From contig CP006914.1 of NCBI GenBank assembly GCA_000503835.1, forward strand, positions 379,909 to 443,908: 64,000 bases of DNA, in the 5' to 3' direction. The notes below the pieces were generated by a model, which saw only the letters and a program-made list of their open reading frames with translations, searched no databases and had not been told where the DNA came from. The stretch is from a candidate division WWE3 bacterium RAAC2_WWE3_1. Lineage in GTDB: Bacteria; Patescibacteriota; WWE3; UBA101185; UBA10185. Positions 36,907 through 45,528 of this stretch are shown one piece after another. Positions within the stretch are counted from its first letter, which is position 1. Every line of letters begins with the position of its first letter. The position numbers and the translations under genes are program-made.

Positions 36907-37170
36907 TTGGACGTCAGGATAGCACTGGTACGGAACGGCGAGCCCGTTATCTTATGCAACGCGCAGATATTTAGGGAGAAAACCCGGTACAGCAAGGACT
37001 ATTTTGTAAAGACACCGACACTGCTCGGCGGAACGGGTCAGATAAAAGCGACCACGAGAGGCGGGGAGGAGTATATCCTCAGAATTAAATTCGACCGTCG
37101 CGATGATTCGGAAAAAGAGTTTCCCTGTATACACCGTATACTCTACGCAGAACCATCGCTGTCATTTTGA
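36907..37170 (+). CDS. Hypothetical small protein (~87 aa), TTG start
   Basis: GGAGAG SD ~8 nt upstream of TTG at 36907; ORF finder's ATG start at 36853 lacks SD; no homolog recognised. Confidence 0.3.
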   Translation: MDVRIALVRNGEPVILCNAQIFREKTRYSKDYFVKTPTLLGGTGQIKATTRGGEEYILRIKFDRRDDSEKEFPCIHRILYAEPSLSF

Positions 37171-37215
37171 TACAGTTGTACCAATCACAAATCTCTGACT
37201 GAAGGGAGCAAGAGA

Positions 37216-37359
37216 ATGGGTTGTCAAAAGCTGAAGGGGAAAGAAAAGGCAGAACTGCAGTGTCTGGAAAAGAAACTCGCAAAGGGTATCAAACTCTGCA
37301 AAGAAGAGACCGAGCGCCTTAAGGAACTGAGACGGAGATTGAGTAGTTACGGCAGTTAA
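37216..37359 (+). CDS. Small protein (47 aa, basic, helical; MGCQKLKGKEKAELQCLEKKLAKGIKLCKEETERLKELRRRLSSYGS)
   Basis: AAGGGAG SD 7-9 nt upstream of ATG; followed 33 nt later by stem + T8 terminator; not in the supplied ORF track (below length cutoff). Confidence 0.4.
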   Translation: MGCQKLKGKEKAELQCLEKKLAKGIKLCKEETERLKELRRRLSSYGS

Positions 37360-37391
37360 ATCGACGCCTGAAAACAAATAAATGGCATACC

Positions 37392-37435
37392 GCCGGGACA
37401 ACACCGAACAAATTCGATGCTCCCGGCTTTTTTTT
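37392..37435 (+). terminator. Putative rho-independent terminator (GCCGGGA ... TCCCGGC + T8)
   Basis: 7-bp GC-rich stem with large (22-nt) loop followed by TTTTTTTT. Confidence 0.45.
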
Positions 37436-37506
37436 ATCCTCTTTTTTTTATTCAACGGAAAATGTTAATCTCTTTTTCATATCAGAACTGGGAGGAGGGT
37501 AGAGAA

Positions 37507-37752
37507 GTGTACAGGAAAAATCTTACCCGCGTCAAAAAAAACGGTAAAAGTCCGCCCGGCAGCAGCGATAACCCGTTGGTTTTTAAGGGCACAGCTTCCT
37601 GCAGAAGCGAACTTCTTTCGGACCATGCTTATCCGAAAGGGGCTTTTATCCTTGTAGGAGAAAGGGCGGTGTACAGAATAACAGGACAGGCCGAAGAGTG
37701 CTCAGGTACCTACCGATATTCCTATCCTGCCAAACCAATCGGTTTTATCTAG
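37507..37752 (+). CDS. Hypothetical small protein (~81 aa), GTG start
   Basis: GGGAGGAGGG SD ~8 nt upstream of GTG 37507; ORF finder extended it to 37417. Confidence 0.35.
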   Translation: MYRKNLTRVKKNGKSPPGSSDNPLVFKGTASCRSELLSDHAYPKGAFILVGERAVYRITGQAEECSGTYRYSYPAKPIGFI

Positions 37753-37856
37753 ACCCACGGGGCCGCTTATACTTAAAAGGTATGGGTGGCTCTTTTTTTA
37801 CTCAAACTGTCCTTACCCATATAGTTTTCAGAATCGAATTATAATATACTTGTAAC

Positions 37857-39071
37857 ATGCCGAAAGTCAGTACTGACGAAAAATTAATCAACACTTTTCT
37901 TGAAAGAGGAGTTGACTCGATTTACCCCTCAAAAGACGCCCTAAAAAAGAAACTACTTTCCGGAGAAAGAATAAAAGCTTACCAGGGTTTTGATCCGTCC
38001 GGACCATACTTACATGTGGGACACGCCATGGGAATAAGAGCACTGAGAATATTGCAGCAGCTGGGGCACGAAGCCATATTTTTGGTCGGAGATTTTACAA
38101 CTTTGGTAGGTGATCCGGACAAAGACACCGCAAGGCCTCTTATGACCGAGGAGCAGATCCAGAAAAATATGGCGGGGTGGAAGGAGCAAGCCGCCCAGCT
38201 CATAGATTTTGAAGGTGAAAATCCGGTTAAGTTTATGCGCAACCACGAGTGGCTTTCAAAAATCGGACTGGCCGATCTTATTAAACTGTTGTCGAACGCC
38301 ACAGTTCAGCAAATGATCGAGCGCGACCTCTTTGCAAAAAGGCTCAAACGAAACAATCCTATCGGTTTACAGGAATTTATCTACCCCCTTATGCAAGGCT
38401 TTGACAGCGTAGCCATGGGCGTGGATCTCGAGATCGGCGGTACCGACCAAACCTTTAATATGCTTATGGGACGTGAACTGGTAAAAAGGTACCTTGGAAA
38501 AGATAAATATGTAAGAACAAACGAAATGATGGAAGCTCCGGACGCGCTGACCATGAGCAAGACCAAAGGCAACGGTATAAATCTCTCCGACAAATCCGAA
38601 GTTATGTACGGAAAGGCCATGTCTTACCCGGATGAGCTTATTACAAAGTGTCTGAGACTTTTGACGGACATGCCCATGGAAGAGATCTGGGAAATTAACA
38701 AGAAGATCCAGGACGGAGAAAATCCGATGATCTTTAAAAAACAAATGGCCCACGAAGTGGTAAAAGTTATCAAAGGAGCGGAAGAAGCAGAAAAAGCTCA
38801 AAAACACTTTGAGAGGACAGTTCAGAAAAAAGAAATTTCCGACGAGGACACTGAGGTTGTAAATATCTCGGGAATTATGCCTGTGCAGGAATTTTTAAAG
38901 AAAGCTTTAAAGAATTCGGAGTCGGCCAGCCACATAAAGAGAATAGTAGAGCAGGGTGGGGTAGAGGTGAATGGGAAAAAAGTGGCAACCACTCAAATAG
39001 AAATTGAATTTGCTCCCGGAACACTAGTAAAATTCGGCAAAAGAAAATATTTTAAAATAGAAGATAAATAA
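37857..39071 (+). CDS. tyrS: Tyrosyl-tRNA synthetase
   Basis: HIGH motif (PYLHVGHAM), KMSKS variant (TMSKTKGNG), C-terminal S4-like domain. Confidence 0.9.
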   Translation: MPKVSTDEKLINTFLERGVDSIYPSKDALKKKLLSGERIKAYQGFDPSGPYLHVGHAMGIRALRILQQLGHEAIFLVGDFTTLVGDPDKDTARPLMTEEQIQKNMAGWKEQAAQLIDFEGENPVKFMRNHEWLSKIGLADLIKLLSNATVQQMIERDLFAKRLKRNNPIGLQEFIYPLMQGFDSVAMGVDLEIGGTDQTFNMLMGRELVKRYLGKDKYVRTNEMMEAPDALTMSKTKGNGINLSDKSEVMYGKAMSYPDELITKCLRLLTDMPMEEIWEINKKIQDGENPMIFKKQMAHEVVKVIKGAEEAEKAQKHFERTVQKKEISDEDTEVVNISGIMPVQEFLKKALKNSESASHIKRIVEQGGVEVNGKKVATTQIEIEFAPGTLVKFGKRKYFKIEDK

Positions 39072-39196
39072 TGATCAGCAAAGAAATAAAGAAAAAAATA
39101 AAAAGAGCGTTCAGAAAAGATAACGTCTATAAAGCTGTCATAATCATAAGCACTTTGGCACTTATAGCAACATCGGTCCTTCCTTACGTCCTGTAA
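39071..39196 (+). CDS. Possible 41-aa single-TM micro-protein translationally coupled to tyrS (MISKEIKKKIKRAFRKDNVYKAVIIISTLALIATSVLPYVL)
   Basis: ATG overlaps tyrS TAA (TAATG); basic N-terminus + one hydrophobic helix; below ORF-track cutoff. Confidence 0.3.
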   Translation: MISKEIKKKIKRAFRKDNVYKAVIIISTLALIATSVLPYVL

Positions 39197-39201
39197 GAAA
39201 T

Positions 39202-39242
39202 GCCGGGCGTTTGATCCTTTAAGGGAAGCAAAAAAACCCGGC
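39202..39242. terminator. Intergenic hairpin between convergent genes (possible bidirectional terminator)
   Basis: GCCGGGCGTTT...AAAAAAACCCGGC: 6-bp GC stem extended by T/A pairs, flanked by T-run on + side and A-run (T-run on - strand). Confidence 0.35.
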
Positions 39243-39252
39243 TTACGTAATG

Positions 39253-39471
39253 TTAACCACCTGCAACTACCATGAAAGCAAAATCGAAGTTAGTATACTT
39301 TTCTTTAGGAACATTTATCACCACCGAAAAACCGTTTGCATCGCAGCACTTTTCAATCTCCGGCACGTAGTCGTCTTCGGGAAACAAATCCTTATATTCC
39401 TTAACGATCCTCGAGGCAATGTCGATGTCACTAAATCCGACAGGTAAGGTCTCACCGTTGAGTACGCTCAT
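39253..39471 (-). CDS. Hypothetical 72-aa protein
   Basis: Strong SD GAGGAGAG 5 nt upstream of ATG (minus strand); acidic, no TM, no motif. Confidence 0.45.
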   Translation of the reverse strand: MSVLNGETLPVGFSDIDIASRIVKEYKDLFPEDDYVPEIEKCCDANGFSVVINVPKEKYTNFDFAFMVVAGG

Positions 39472-39541
39472 TTTTACTCTCCTCTCATATGGCTAACCGA
39501 TAAATATTACGTTAATTCTAAAAACAAGTAAAATATATTTA

Positions 39542-41551
39542 ATGAAGCTGACTTCGCCCGTCGGAATTGTGCCAAAGATCGGGCCTAAATATAAAAAACT
39601 TTTGGAAAATTTAGAAATCAGGACGGTTCAGGATCTGGTGTATCACTTTCCTTTCAGATACGAAGATTATTCTAACGTAAAACACATTCGCAAATTACTG
39701 GAAAATGAAACAGCAACTGTTAAAGGAATTGTTGAATCGGTAACAAACATATTTACCCGAAACGGAAAAAGACTTACAAAAGTAGCCGTAAGCAACGGCA
39801 CTGAGAAAATCGATCTGATATTTTTCAATCAGCATTATTTAAAAACAACAATAAAAACTGGTCATGAGTATACGGTCAGCGGAAAAGTAGGAACCTTCGA
39901 CAGAAAACTTTCTTTTATAAGTCCCGAACTGGAAGAGAGTAGAGAAGTTAATTTGAACACCGGACGCCTGGTCCCGGTATATCCCGAGACTTATGGGGTA
40001 ACTTCCAAGTGGCTCCGGGCTAGAATTAACGACGTCGTGTCGGGGGAAATTGAACTTGAGGAATTTTTACCCGAAAATACGTTAAATAAACTTAATTTGA
40101 GTAATTTTAGTTGGGCACTTAACCAAATTCACTTTCCGGATATAGAAATTAACGCTCAAAAAGCTAAGATAAGGTTCCAATTCGAAGAGTTATTCCTTGA
40201 ACTTCTGAAAGTGGAAAAAAGACGCGTTCAGTGGGAATCTAAGCTTAAAAGTGTCGTAATGACGGTAAAAAATACTCAGATTGACTCTTTCATCCGTACG
40301 CTGCCCTTTAAACTCACAAATTCTCAGGAAAAAGCTATCAACGAGGTACTGAAAGACCAGACATTGGAACATCCTATGAACCGTTTACTGGAGGGGGATG
40401 TCGGCACAGGTAAAACGCTTGTTGCCCTGATTGCGGCCTACAACACGCACCTTAACGGGTTTAAAACTCTTTACATGGCTCCTACGGAGATACTTGCAAC
40501 CCAGCACTATGAAACTTTCACACGTCTTTTATCCCCACTGGGAGTAAAAATTGCCCTCATTACCGGATCCGTCAAGCCGGATGGCACCGACTTTGACATT
40601 CTTATAGGTACACACGCCCTCATCTATTCCAAAGAAAAATTTAAAAACGTAGAGCTGGTTGTTATAGACGAACAACACAGATTTGGCGTAGAGCAGAGGG
40701 GAAAAATCCTGGAAATGGCCAACGATGGAACAGTACCTCATCTACTTGCTATGACAGCCACGCCAATACCAAGAACACTTGCCCTTACCATTTACGGCGA
40801 CCTTTCAATATCGGTTTTAGATACTCATCCGAATAAGGAGAGGAAAATTTCCACAAAAGTGATACCCGAAAATGCGCGGGATAAGGCTTACCAATGGATA
40901 AGACAGAGAAACGAGCCCACTTTTATCGTCTGCCCTCTAATTGAAGAAAGCGAAACTCCGAGTTTTGAGAACGTAAAGGCCGCCGAAGCCGAATACGCCT
41001 TACTCAAAAAAACCTACTTTAAGGGCATCGAAATGGGTCTTCTCCACGGAAAAATGAAACCGAAAGAAAAAGAAGATGTTATTGAAAAGTTCAGAAAAGG
41101 CAAAATAAAGGTATTGGTGTCGACCCCGGTCATAGAAGTTGGGATAGACGTGCCTGAAGCCACCGTGATGGTCATAGAGAGCGCGGAAAGGTACGGACTG
41201 GCCAGTTTACATCAATTGCGGGGAAGAGTGGGCAGGGGGTCAGAAAAGGGCTACTGCTTTGCTTTTTTGAGTACTTATTCAAGAAACGCCTATACCAGAT
41301 TAAAAAACCTCGAAACCACAGACAACGGCATTGAACTTTCCGAGATAGACATGCAGGCAAGGGGACAAGGCGATATTTTCGGAGCAAGCCAGCACGGTTT
41401 CAAAAGATTTAAAATAGCCGACATGTTTAATGTCAAAATGCTCGAGGAAGCAAAACAGGAAGCTCAACAAATATACCCATTCTTGGACTATTACCCCCTA
41501 CTAAAGGAAAGGTTGACACAGGAAGCGGGAGAATATATACCTAACAACTAG
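39542..41551 (+). CDS. recG: ATP-dependent DNA helicase RecG
   Basis: N-terminal wedge/OB region, helicase motifs GDVGTGKT (I), DEQHRFGV (II), TATPIPRT (III), QLRGRVGRG (VI). Confidence 0.9.
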   Translation: MKLTSPVGIVPKIGPKYKKLLENLEIRTVQDLVYHFPFRYEDYSNVKHIRKLLENETATVKGIVESVTNIFTRNGKRLTKVAVSNGTEKIDLIFFNQHYLKTTIKTGHEYTVSGKVGTFDRKLSFISPELEESREVNLNTGRLVPVYPETYGVTSKWLRARINDVVSGEIELEEFLPENTLNKLNLSNFSWALNQIHFPDIEINAQKAKIRFQFEELFLELLKVEKRRVQWESKLKSVVMTVKNTQIDSFIRTLPFKLTNSQEKAINEVLKDQTLEHPMNRLLEGDVGTGKTLVALIAAYNTHLNGFKTLYMAPTEILATQHYETFTRLLSPLGVKIALITGSVKPDGTDFDILIGTHALIYSKEKFKNVELVVIDEQHRFGVEQRGKILEMANDGTVPHLLAMTATPIPRTLALTIYGDLSISVLDTHPNKERKISTKVIPENARDKAYQWIRQRNEPTFIVCPLIEESETPSFENVKAAEAEYALLKKTYFKGIEMGLLHGKMKPKEKEDVIEKFRKGKIKVLVSTPVIEVGIDVPEATVMVIESAERYGLASLHQLRGRVGRGSEKGYCFAFLSTYSRNAYTRLKNLETTDNGIELSEIDMQARGQGDIFGASQHGFKRFKIADMFNVKMLEEAKQEAQQIYPFLDYYPLLKERLTQEAGEYIPNN

Positions 41552-41552
41552 G

Positions 41553-42113
41553 ATGGAACTAAGAATCACAACAGGCTCCGCAAAAAATAAAAAGCTAGTA
41601 GCACCGGAATTACCCGGTTTCAGGGCAGTTCAGGAGATTGCCAAATCCTCAATGTTTTCTATTATCGGGGATCAGGTAGAGGGGGCTGTATGTTTGGATC
41701 TGTTCGCGGGAAGCGGAAATTTAGGTATTGAGGCTTTGAGCAGGGGCGCCGCCTGGTGCGATTTCGTGGATGGAAATAAGGAAAGCGTCGAAGCGATAAA
41801 GAAAAACGTGGAAAACTGCGGCTTTTTTGATAAGTCTTCGGTTTCCCTGAAAAACGCTGTTAAGTACGCCGCGGCTACCGACAAAAAGTACAATCTTATC
41901 TTTATGGATCCTTTCTACAACGACCTAAACCAGAGACACCTTCTCGGGCTACTTGCCGAAAGAATTAAGGAAAACGGTATTTTAGTGTATTTTCACTCTC
42001 CTGAATGCACCACAGAAGTGAACGACATGGTACAGAAAAGCGGACTTGTAATAACCGATAGTAGGGAATTTGGGGGAAGCGTTTTTGCCGTCATAACAAG
42101 GCTAGACAAATAA
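41553..42113 (+). CDS. rsmD: 16S rRNA (guanine966-N2)-methyltransferase
   Basis: LDLFAGSGNLGIEALSRGA SAM motif, DPFY motif (MDPFYND). Confidence 0.85.
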   Translation: MELRITTGSAKNKKLVAPELPGFRAVQEIAKSSMFSIIGDQVEGAVCLDLFAGSGNLGIEALSRGAAWCDFVDGNKESVEAIKKNVENCGFFDKSSVSLKNAVKYAAATDKKYNLIFMDPFYNDLNQRHLLGLLAERIKENGILVYFHSPECTTEVNDMVQKSGLVITDSREFGGSVFAVITRLDK

Positions 42114-42178
42114 TTAAGTAAATGGTATTATCCCTATAGTTTGTTTCCAAAAATCCGGTACTAAAAAGGAGTAGAGCG

Positions 42179-42514
42179 ATGACAGTTTTTGATAGGGCGT
42201 TTTCGTACAATAAGGATTTGCATTTCATCAAAGAATTGGAAGCGGGAAACATAAGAATAAAAATAAGAATCACCCCCTTCCAGGCAGAAACCATCCGTAT
42301 GGAAGCATTTAAGGATGGCAAGAAAGTCGATACTTATATCGGCAGAAACGAGCTCGGGAGACATGACTTCCCAATCGTCTGGTGGATAGAAAGAAACAGT
42401 AAGTCAGGAAACAACTGGAACACCCTATTGCTTACTTGGTGGCTTGATACGGTTGTTCCTGAGATAGAGAGGGAAACTCTCAAAAGGAACATGCTGTCTC
42501 CAAGCGCCCGTTAG
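42179..42514 (+). CDS. Hypothetical protein (111 aa)
   Basis: AAGGAG SD 8 nt upstream; followed by terminator hairpin. Confidence 0.5.
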   Translation: MTVFDRAFSYNKDLHFIKELEAGNIRIKIRITPFQAETIRMEAFKDGKKVDTYIGRNELGRHDFPIVWWIERNSKSGNNWNTLLLTWWLDTVVPEIERETLKRNMLSPSAR

Positions 42515-42520
42515 CAATAA

Positions 42521-42568
42521 AAAGCCGTTTGTATAACCTTAAAGGTTATCGGGCGGCTTTCTTTTTTG
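42521..42568 (+). terminator. Rho-independent terminator
   Basis: Imperfect long hairpin AAAGCCGTTTGTATAACC-ttaaa-GGTTATCGGGCGGCTTT followed by CTTTTTT. Confidence 0.55.
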
Positions 42569-42623
42569 CCTAAAACGGGTTCTATTTGACAGCAAAGCCT
42601 CAAACCTTTATATTTCACACTGT

Positions 42624-42770
42624 ATGGCAGTACCAAAAAGAAAACATTCTATATCAAGAACGAGACAGAAAAGGGACGCTCATTACAAAAGAGTGCGTGT
42701 CCATGCTGTAAAAACTTCGGACGACAAAGCTTATAAAAGACCTCACGTCGAAGAGTATATCGAGCTTTAA
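42624..42770 (+). CDS. rpmF: 50S ribosomal protein L32
   Basis: MAVPKRKHSISRTRQKRDAHYK... matches L32 N-terminal signature; 48 aa, below ORF-track cutoff. Confidence 0.8.
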   Translation: MAVPKRKHSISRTRQKRDAHYKRVRVHAVKTSDDKAYKRPHVEEYIEL

Positions 42771-42791
42771 GAATTCGGATATAATTACACA

Positions 42792-43229
42792 ATGAAATCT
42801 TTCGCGGATCCGAGGCACACTTCCAGAAAACTTGCTTTGACTTCTATTTTTTGCTGGCTTTTTACGGAAACGGATAAAAACGACGCGATTATGCTGTCAA
42901 AAGACCTTTTGGAAGAGCAACCCGGAGAACAGGATACCGAGCTTACCGAATACATTTTTGAGGGCGTCAAAACCCACATTAATGAGATAGACAAGGTAAT
43001 AGAGGAGAGCGCGCCGGAGTGGCCTATTGACAAAATAGCCAAAGTTGATTTAGTAGTACTCAGAATCGCGGTTTTTGAACTGCTGTTCGGTAAAAAGGCA
43101 CCGGCCAAGGTTGTGGTGGATGAAGCCGTTGAACTGGCCAAGGAGTTCGGAAACGATACTTCACATAAATTTGTGAACGGGGTTCTAGGCACAGTAATAG
43201 GAAATTATTTGGAGAAAAAAGATGACTAG
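42792..43229 (+). CDS. nusB: Transcription antitermination factor NusB
   Basis: C-terminal NusB signature PAKVVVDEAVELAKEFGNDTSHKFVNGVLG. Confidence 0.8.
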   Translation: MKSFADPRHTSRKLALTSIFCWLFTETDKNDAIMLSKDLLEEQPGEQDTELTEYIFEGVKTHINEIDKVIEESAPEWPIDKIAKVDLVVLRIAVFELLFGKKAPAKVVVDEAVELAKEFGNDTSHKFVNGVLGTVIGNYLEKKDD

Positions 43230-43458
43230 CGATTATTTTGCAAAAACTAAAAAGGTTATAGAAGAAAAAACAGGCGTTTCGCCCGCCGACATACACGAAA
43301 CCTCCTTTTTCGAGGATGATCTCAACGTCGGAGAAATGGAGCTTCTTGAAATACTGTCCGAGCTTGAAGAGATGTTCAAAGTAGACCTTGTTTCCGAACA
43401 GGAAAACATTGTAACCGTTCAGGACATACTGGACCTGCTCAGCGAAAAAATTGATTAG
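43222..43458 (+). CDS. Acyl carrier protein homolog lacking the 4'-phosphopantetheine attachment Ser (DSL replaced by GEM)
   Basis: Aligns with ACP helix II/[27 protein letters not shown] vs E. coli [34 protein letters not shown] vs ITTVQAAIDYI; no Ser at the acceptor position. Confidence 0.65.
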   Translation: [78 protein letters not shown]

Positions 43459-43527
43459 TATCCGGCCGTATTTTACCCATGACTTTTGTCGCGGAGAAAG
43501 TTCGGAACGGACACGGAAAAGTCGATA

Positions 43528-44226
43528 ATGGCCTTTGATTTCGTCAAAACAAAACAAATATTGGGCGAAGATTTGTCCGATGAGAATCTGTTTAAAACAG
43601 CTTTTACCCATCGTTCTTATCTGAATGAACACCACGAATACGCGAACCCCTCCAACGAAAGACTGGAGTTCCTTGGGGACGCCGTACTTCAGCTCCTTTC
43701 CAGCGAATTTCTTTATAATACCTATACCGACGCCCCGGAAGGCGACCTAACGAACTACCGCTCATCGGTAGTTTGCACGTCTTCGCTTGCCCGGGAAGCT
43801 AAAAGAATGGAATACGGCAGTCTACTGCTCCTTTCCAACGGCGAAGAGGCAACAGGAGGAAGAGACCGGGAATACATTCTTGCAAACACATTCGAGGCTG
43901 TACTGGGTGCCCTTTACCTTGATAGAGGCCTTGAAAAATGTAGGAAGTTCCTGGAGAAAGAGCTTTTTTTCAAAATAAGTGATATCGTTACCGATAACGT
44001 CTACAGAGACGCCAAGTCCCAGTTTCAGGAGATGGCCCAGGATAAATTCGGTGTAACCCCCGTATATCAGGTAATCGACTCATGGGGCCCCGATCATGAA
44101 AAAACCTTTAAAATGGGCGTTTTCATAGGCAAAGAGAATTGGGGAACCGGCGAGGGAAAAAGTAAACAGAGGGCAGAGCAGGCAGCGGCCGAAAATGGTT
44201 TAAAAAGAATGGAGAAAGGAGATTAA
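43528..44226 (+). CDS. rnc: Ribonuclease III
   Basis: RNase III signature NERLEFLGDAVLQL, catalytic E (TFEAVLGALYLD), C-terminal dsRBD; start at internal Met MAFDF. Confidence 0.9.
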   Translation: MAFDFVKTKQILGEDLSDENLFKTAFTHRSYLNEHHEYANPSNERLEFLGDAVLQLLSSEFLYNTYTDAPEGDLTNYRSSVVCTSSLAREAKRMEYGSLLLLSNGEEATGGRDREYILANTFEAVLGALYLDRGLEKCRKFLEKELFFKISDIVTDNVYRDAKSQFQEMAQDKFGVTPVYQVIDSWGPDHEKTFKMGVFIGKENWGTGEGKSKQRAEQAAAENGLKRMEKGD

Positions 44227-44281
44227 AGGTTACCGTGGGTGTATAGACAACCACAACCCCATCTGCTAAAATCAACCAGTT

Positions 44282-44602
44282 ATGTCGGTATCAATCAGAT
44301 TAACAAGAACAGGTAGAAAAAATCTGCCCTCCTACAGGGTGGTGGCTACGCAGACCAGAACCAAAAGGGATGGTAAATTTTTGGACATAATAGGTTTCTA
44401 CAATCCCTCAACAATCCCGGCTTCCTTTGATTACGACAAAAAAAAGTTCCAGGAATGGGTCTCAAAAGGTGCGATAGTCTCGGATGCGGTAAAGAAAATG
44501 GTAGAGGGCAAGTACGAATATACAAAATATAAACCCGGTAAAGAAGAAGTGACAAAAGAAGTCGCTCCTGCCAAAGAAGAAGCTCCGGAACAAACAGCCT
44601 AA
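44282..44602 (+). CDS. rpsP: 30S ribosomal protein S16
   Basis: MSVSIRLTRTGRKNLPSYRVVATQTRTKRDGKFLDIIGFYNP typical S16. Confidence 0.9.
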   Translation: MSVSIRLTRTGRKNLPSYRVVATQTRTKRDGKFLDIIGFYNPSTIPASFDYDKKKFQEWVSKGAIVSDAVKKMVEGKYEYTKYKPGKEEVTKEVAPAKEEAPEQTA

Positions 44603-44603
44603 C

Positions 44604-44846
44604 ATGAAAGAGTTCATAACATACATTGTTCAACAGATAGTTTCCCACCCCGAAGCAATTGAAGTTGAGGAAGTCACCGAGGAAGGGGTTTTCGTCTACA
44701 CGATATCTGCGGCTAAAGAAGATATGGGTACACTTATCGGCAAAGAAGGCAGGAACATCAAAAGCATCAGAAATATGGCCAAGGCCAAGGCTATAAAAGA
44801 CGACATAAGGATAAGTGTTAACATTAAAGAAGATGATCAGATTTAA
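44604..44846 (+). CDS. KH-domain RNA-binding protein (YlqC/UPF0109-like)
   Basis: GxxG-like KH loop LIGKEGRNIKSIR; conserved position between rpsP and trmD. Confidence 0.75.
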   Translation: MKEFITYIVQQIVSHPEAIEVEEVTEEGVFVYTISAAKEDMGTLIGKEGRNIKSIRNMAKAKAIKDDIRISVNIKEDDQI

Positions 44847-45501
44847 CGTCCTCACTTTATTTCCCGAACTAATACAACCTCATTTAGATTTTTTACCCTT
44901 TAAAAGGGCGGTTGAAAAAAAGGCGGCCGAGTATAGATTATGGAATCTAAGAAATTACGCTCTCGACAAAAGAGGAACTGTGGACGACAAGCCTTATGGA
45001 GGGGGCACCGGAATGTTGTTAATGCCCGAACCCATTTACGACGCCTTAAGCGACATCCACACCATGCCGCCGGAAGATGTTATAAAAAAGGACGGTGTGC
45101 GGGTAATACTGTTATCTCCGCGCGGTAAAAAATATGATCAAAAGTACGCGGAGGATCTATCAAAGGCACGGGAAATTACCTTGATTTGCGGAAGATACGA
45201 AGGTATTGACGCCAGAATAGAGGAAAATTACGTGACCGACGTTGTAAGCATAGGTGATTTCGTTCTTTCCGGCGGGGAAGTGCCGGTTTTAGCAATTTTA
45301 GAGAGCGTTACACGATTACTTCCACAGGTTATTGAAAAGGAAGACGCCGTAACCAATGAGTCATTCTCGAACGGCACCATTGAGTACCCGCAGTACACCA
45401 GACCCGAGGTCTTCAAAGGAAAAAAAGTGCCTGACGTTCTTCTTTCCGGCAACCATAAAGAAATAGAGAAGTGGAAAAGAGAGAATTCTCCGACAGTATA
45501 A
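44815..45501 (+). CDS. trmD: tRNA (guanine37-N1)-methyltransferase
   Basis: MIRFNVLTLFPEL N-terminus, SPOUT knot motifs (YGGGTGMLLMPEP, LICGRYEGIDAR). Confidence 0.9.
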   Translation: MLTLKKMIRFNVLTLFPELIQPHLDFLPFKRAVEKKAAEYRLWNLRNYALDKRGTVDDKPYGGGTGMLLMPEPIYDALSDIHTMPPEDVIKKDGVRVILLSPRGKKYDQKYAEDLSKAREITLICGRYEGIDARIEENYVTDVVSIGDFVLSGGEVPVLAILESVTRLLPQVIEKEDAVTNESFSNGTIEYPQYTRPEVFKGKKVPDVLLSGNHKEIEKWKRENSPTV

Positions 45502-45528
45502 AAAAGAAGTTTCCTCACCCGCAACTAA

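Noticed and set aside
37392-37860. T-box riboswitch upstream of tyrS
   Set aside because: The T-box consensus (AATTAGGGTGGNACCGCG) is absent. The only UGGN-containing hairpin is ~420 nt from the start codon and is followed by another ORF, so it is more simply a terminator of the 47-aa gene.
38367-38807. 146-aa minus-strand ORF inside tyrS
   Set aside because: Antisense to tyrS, which has clear HIGH/KMSKS motifs.
43060-43635. 191-aa minus-strand ORF spanning nusB/ACP-like/rnc
   Set aside because: Antisense to three well-supported co-directional genes.
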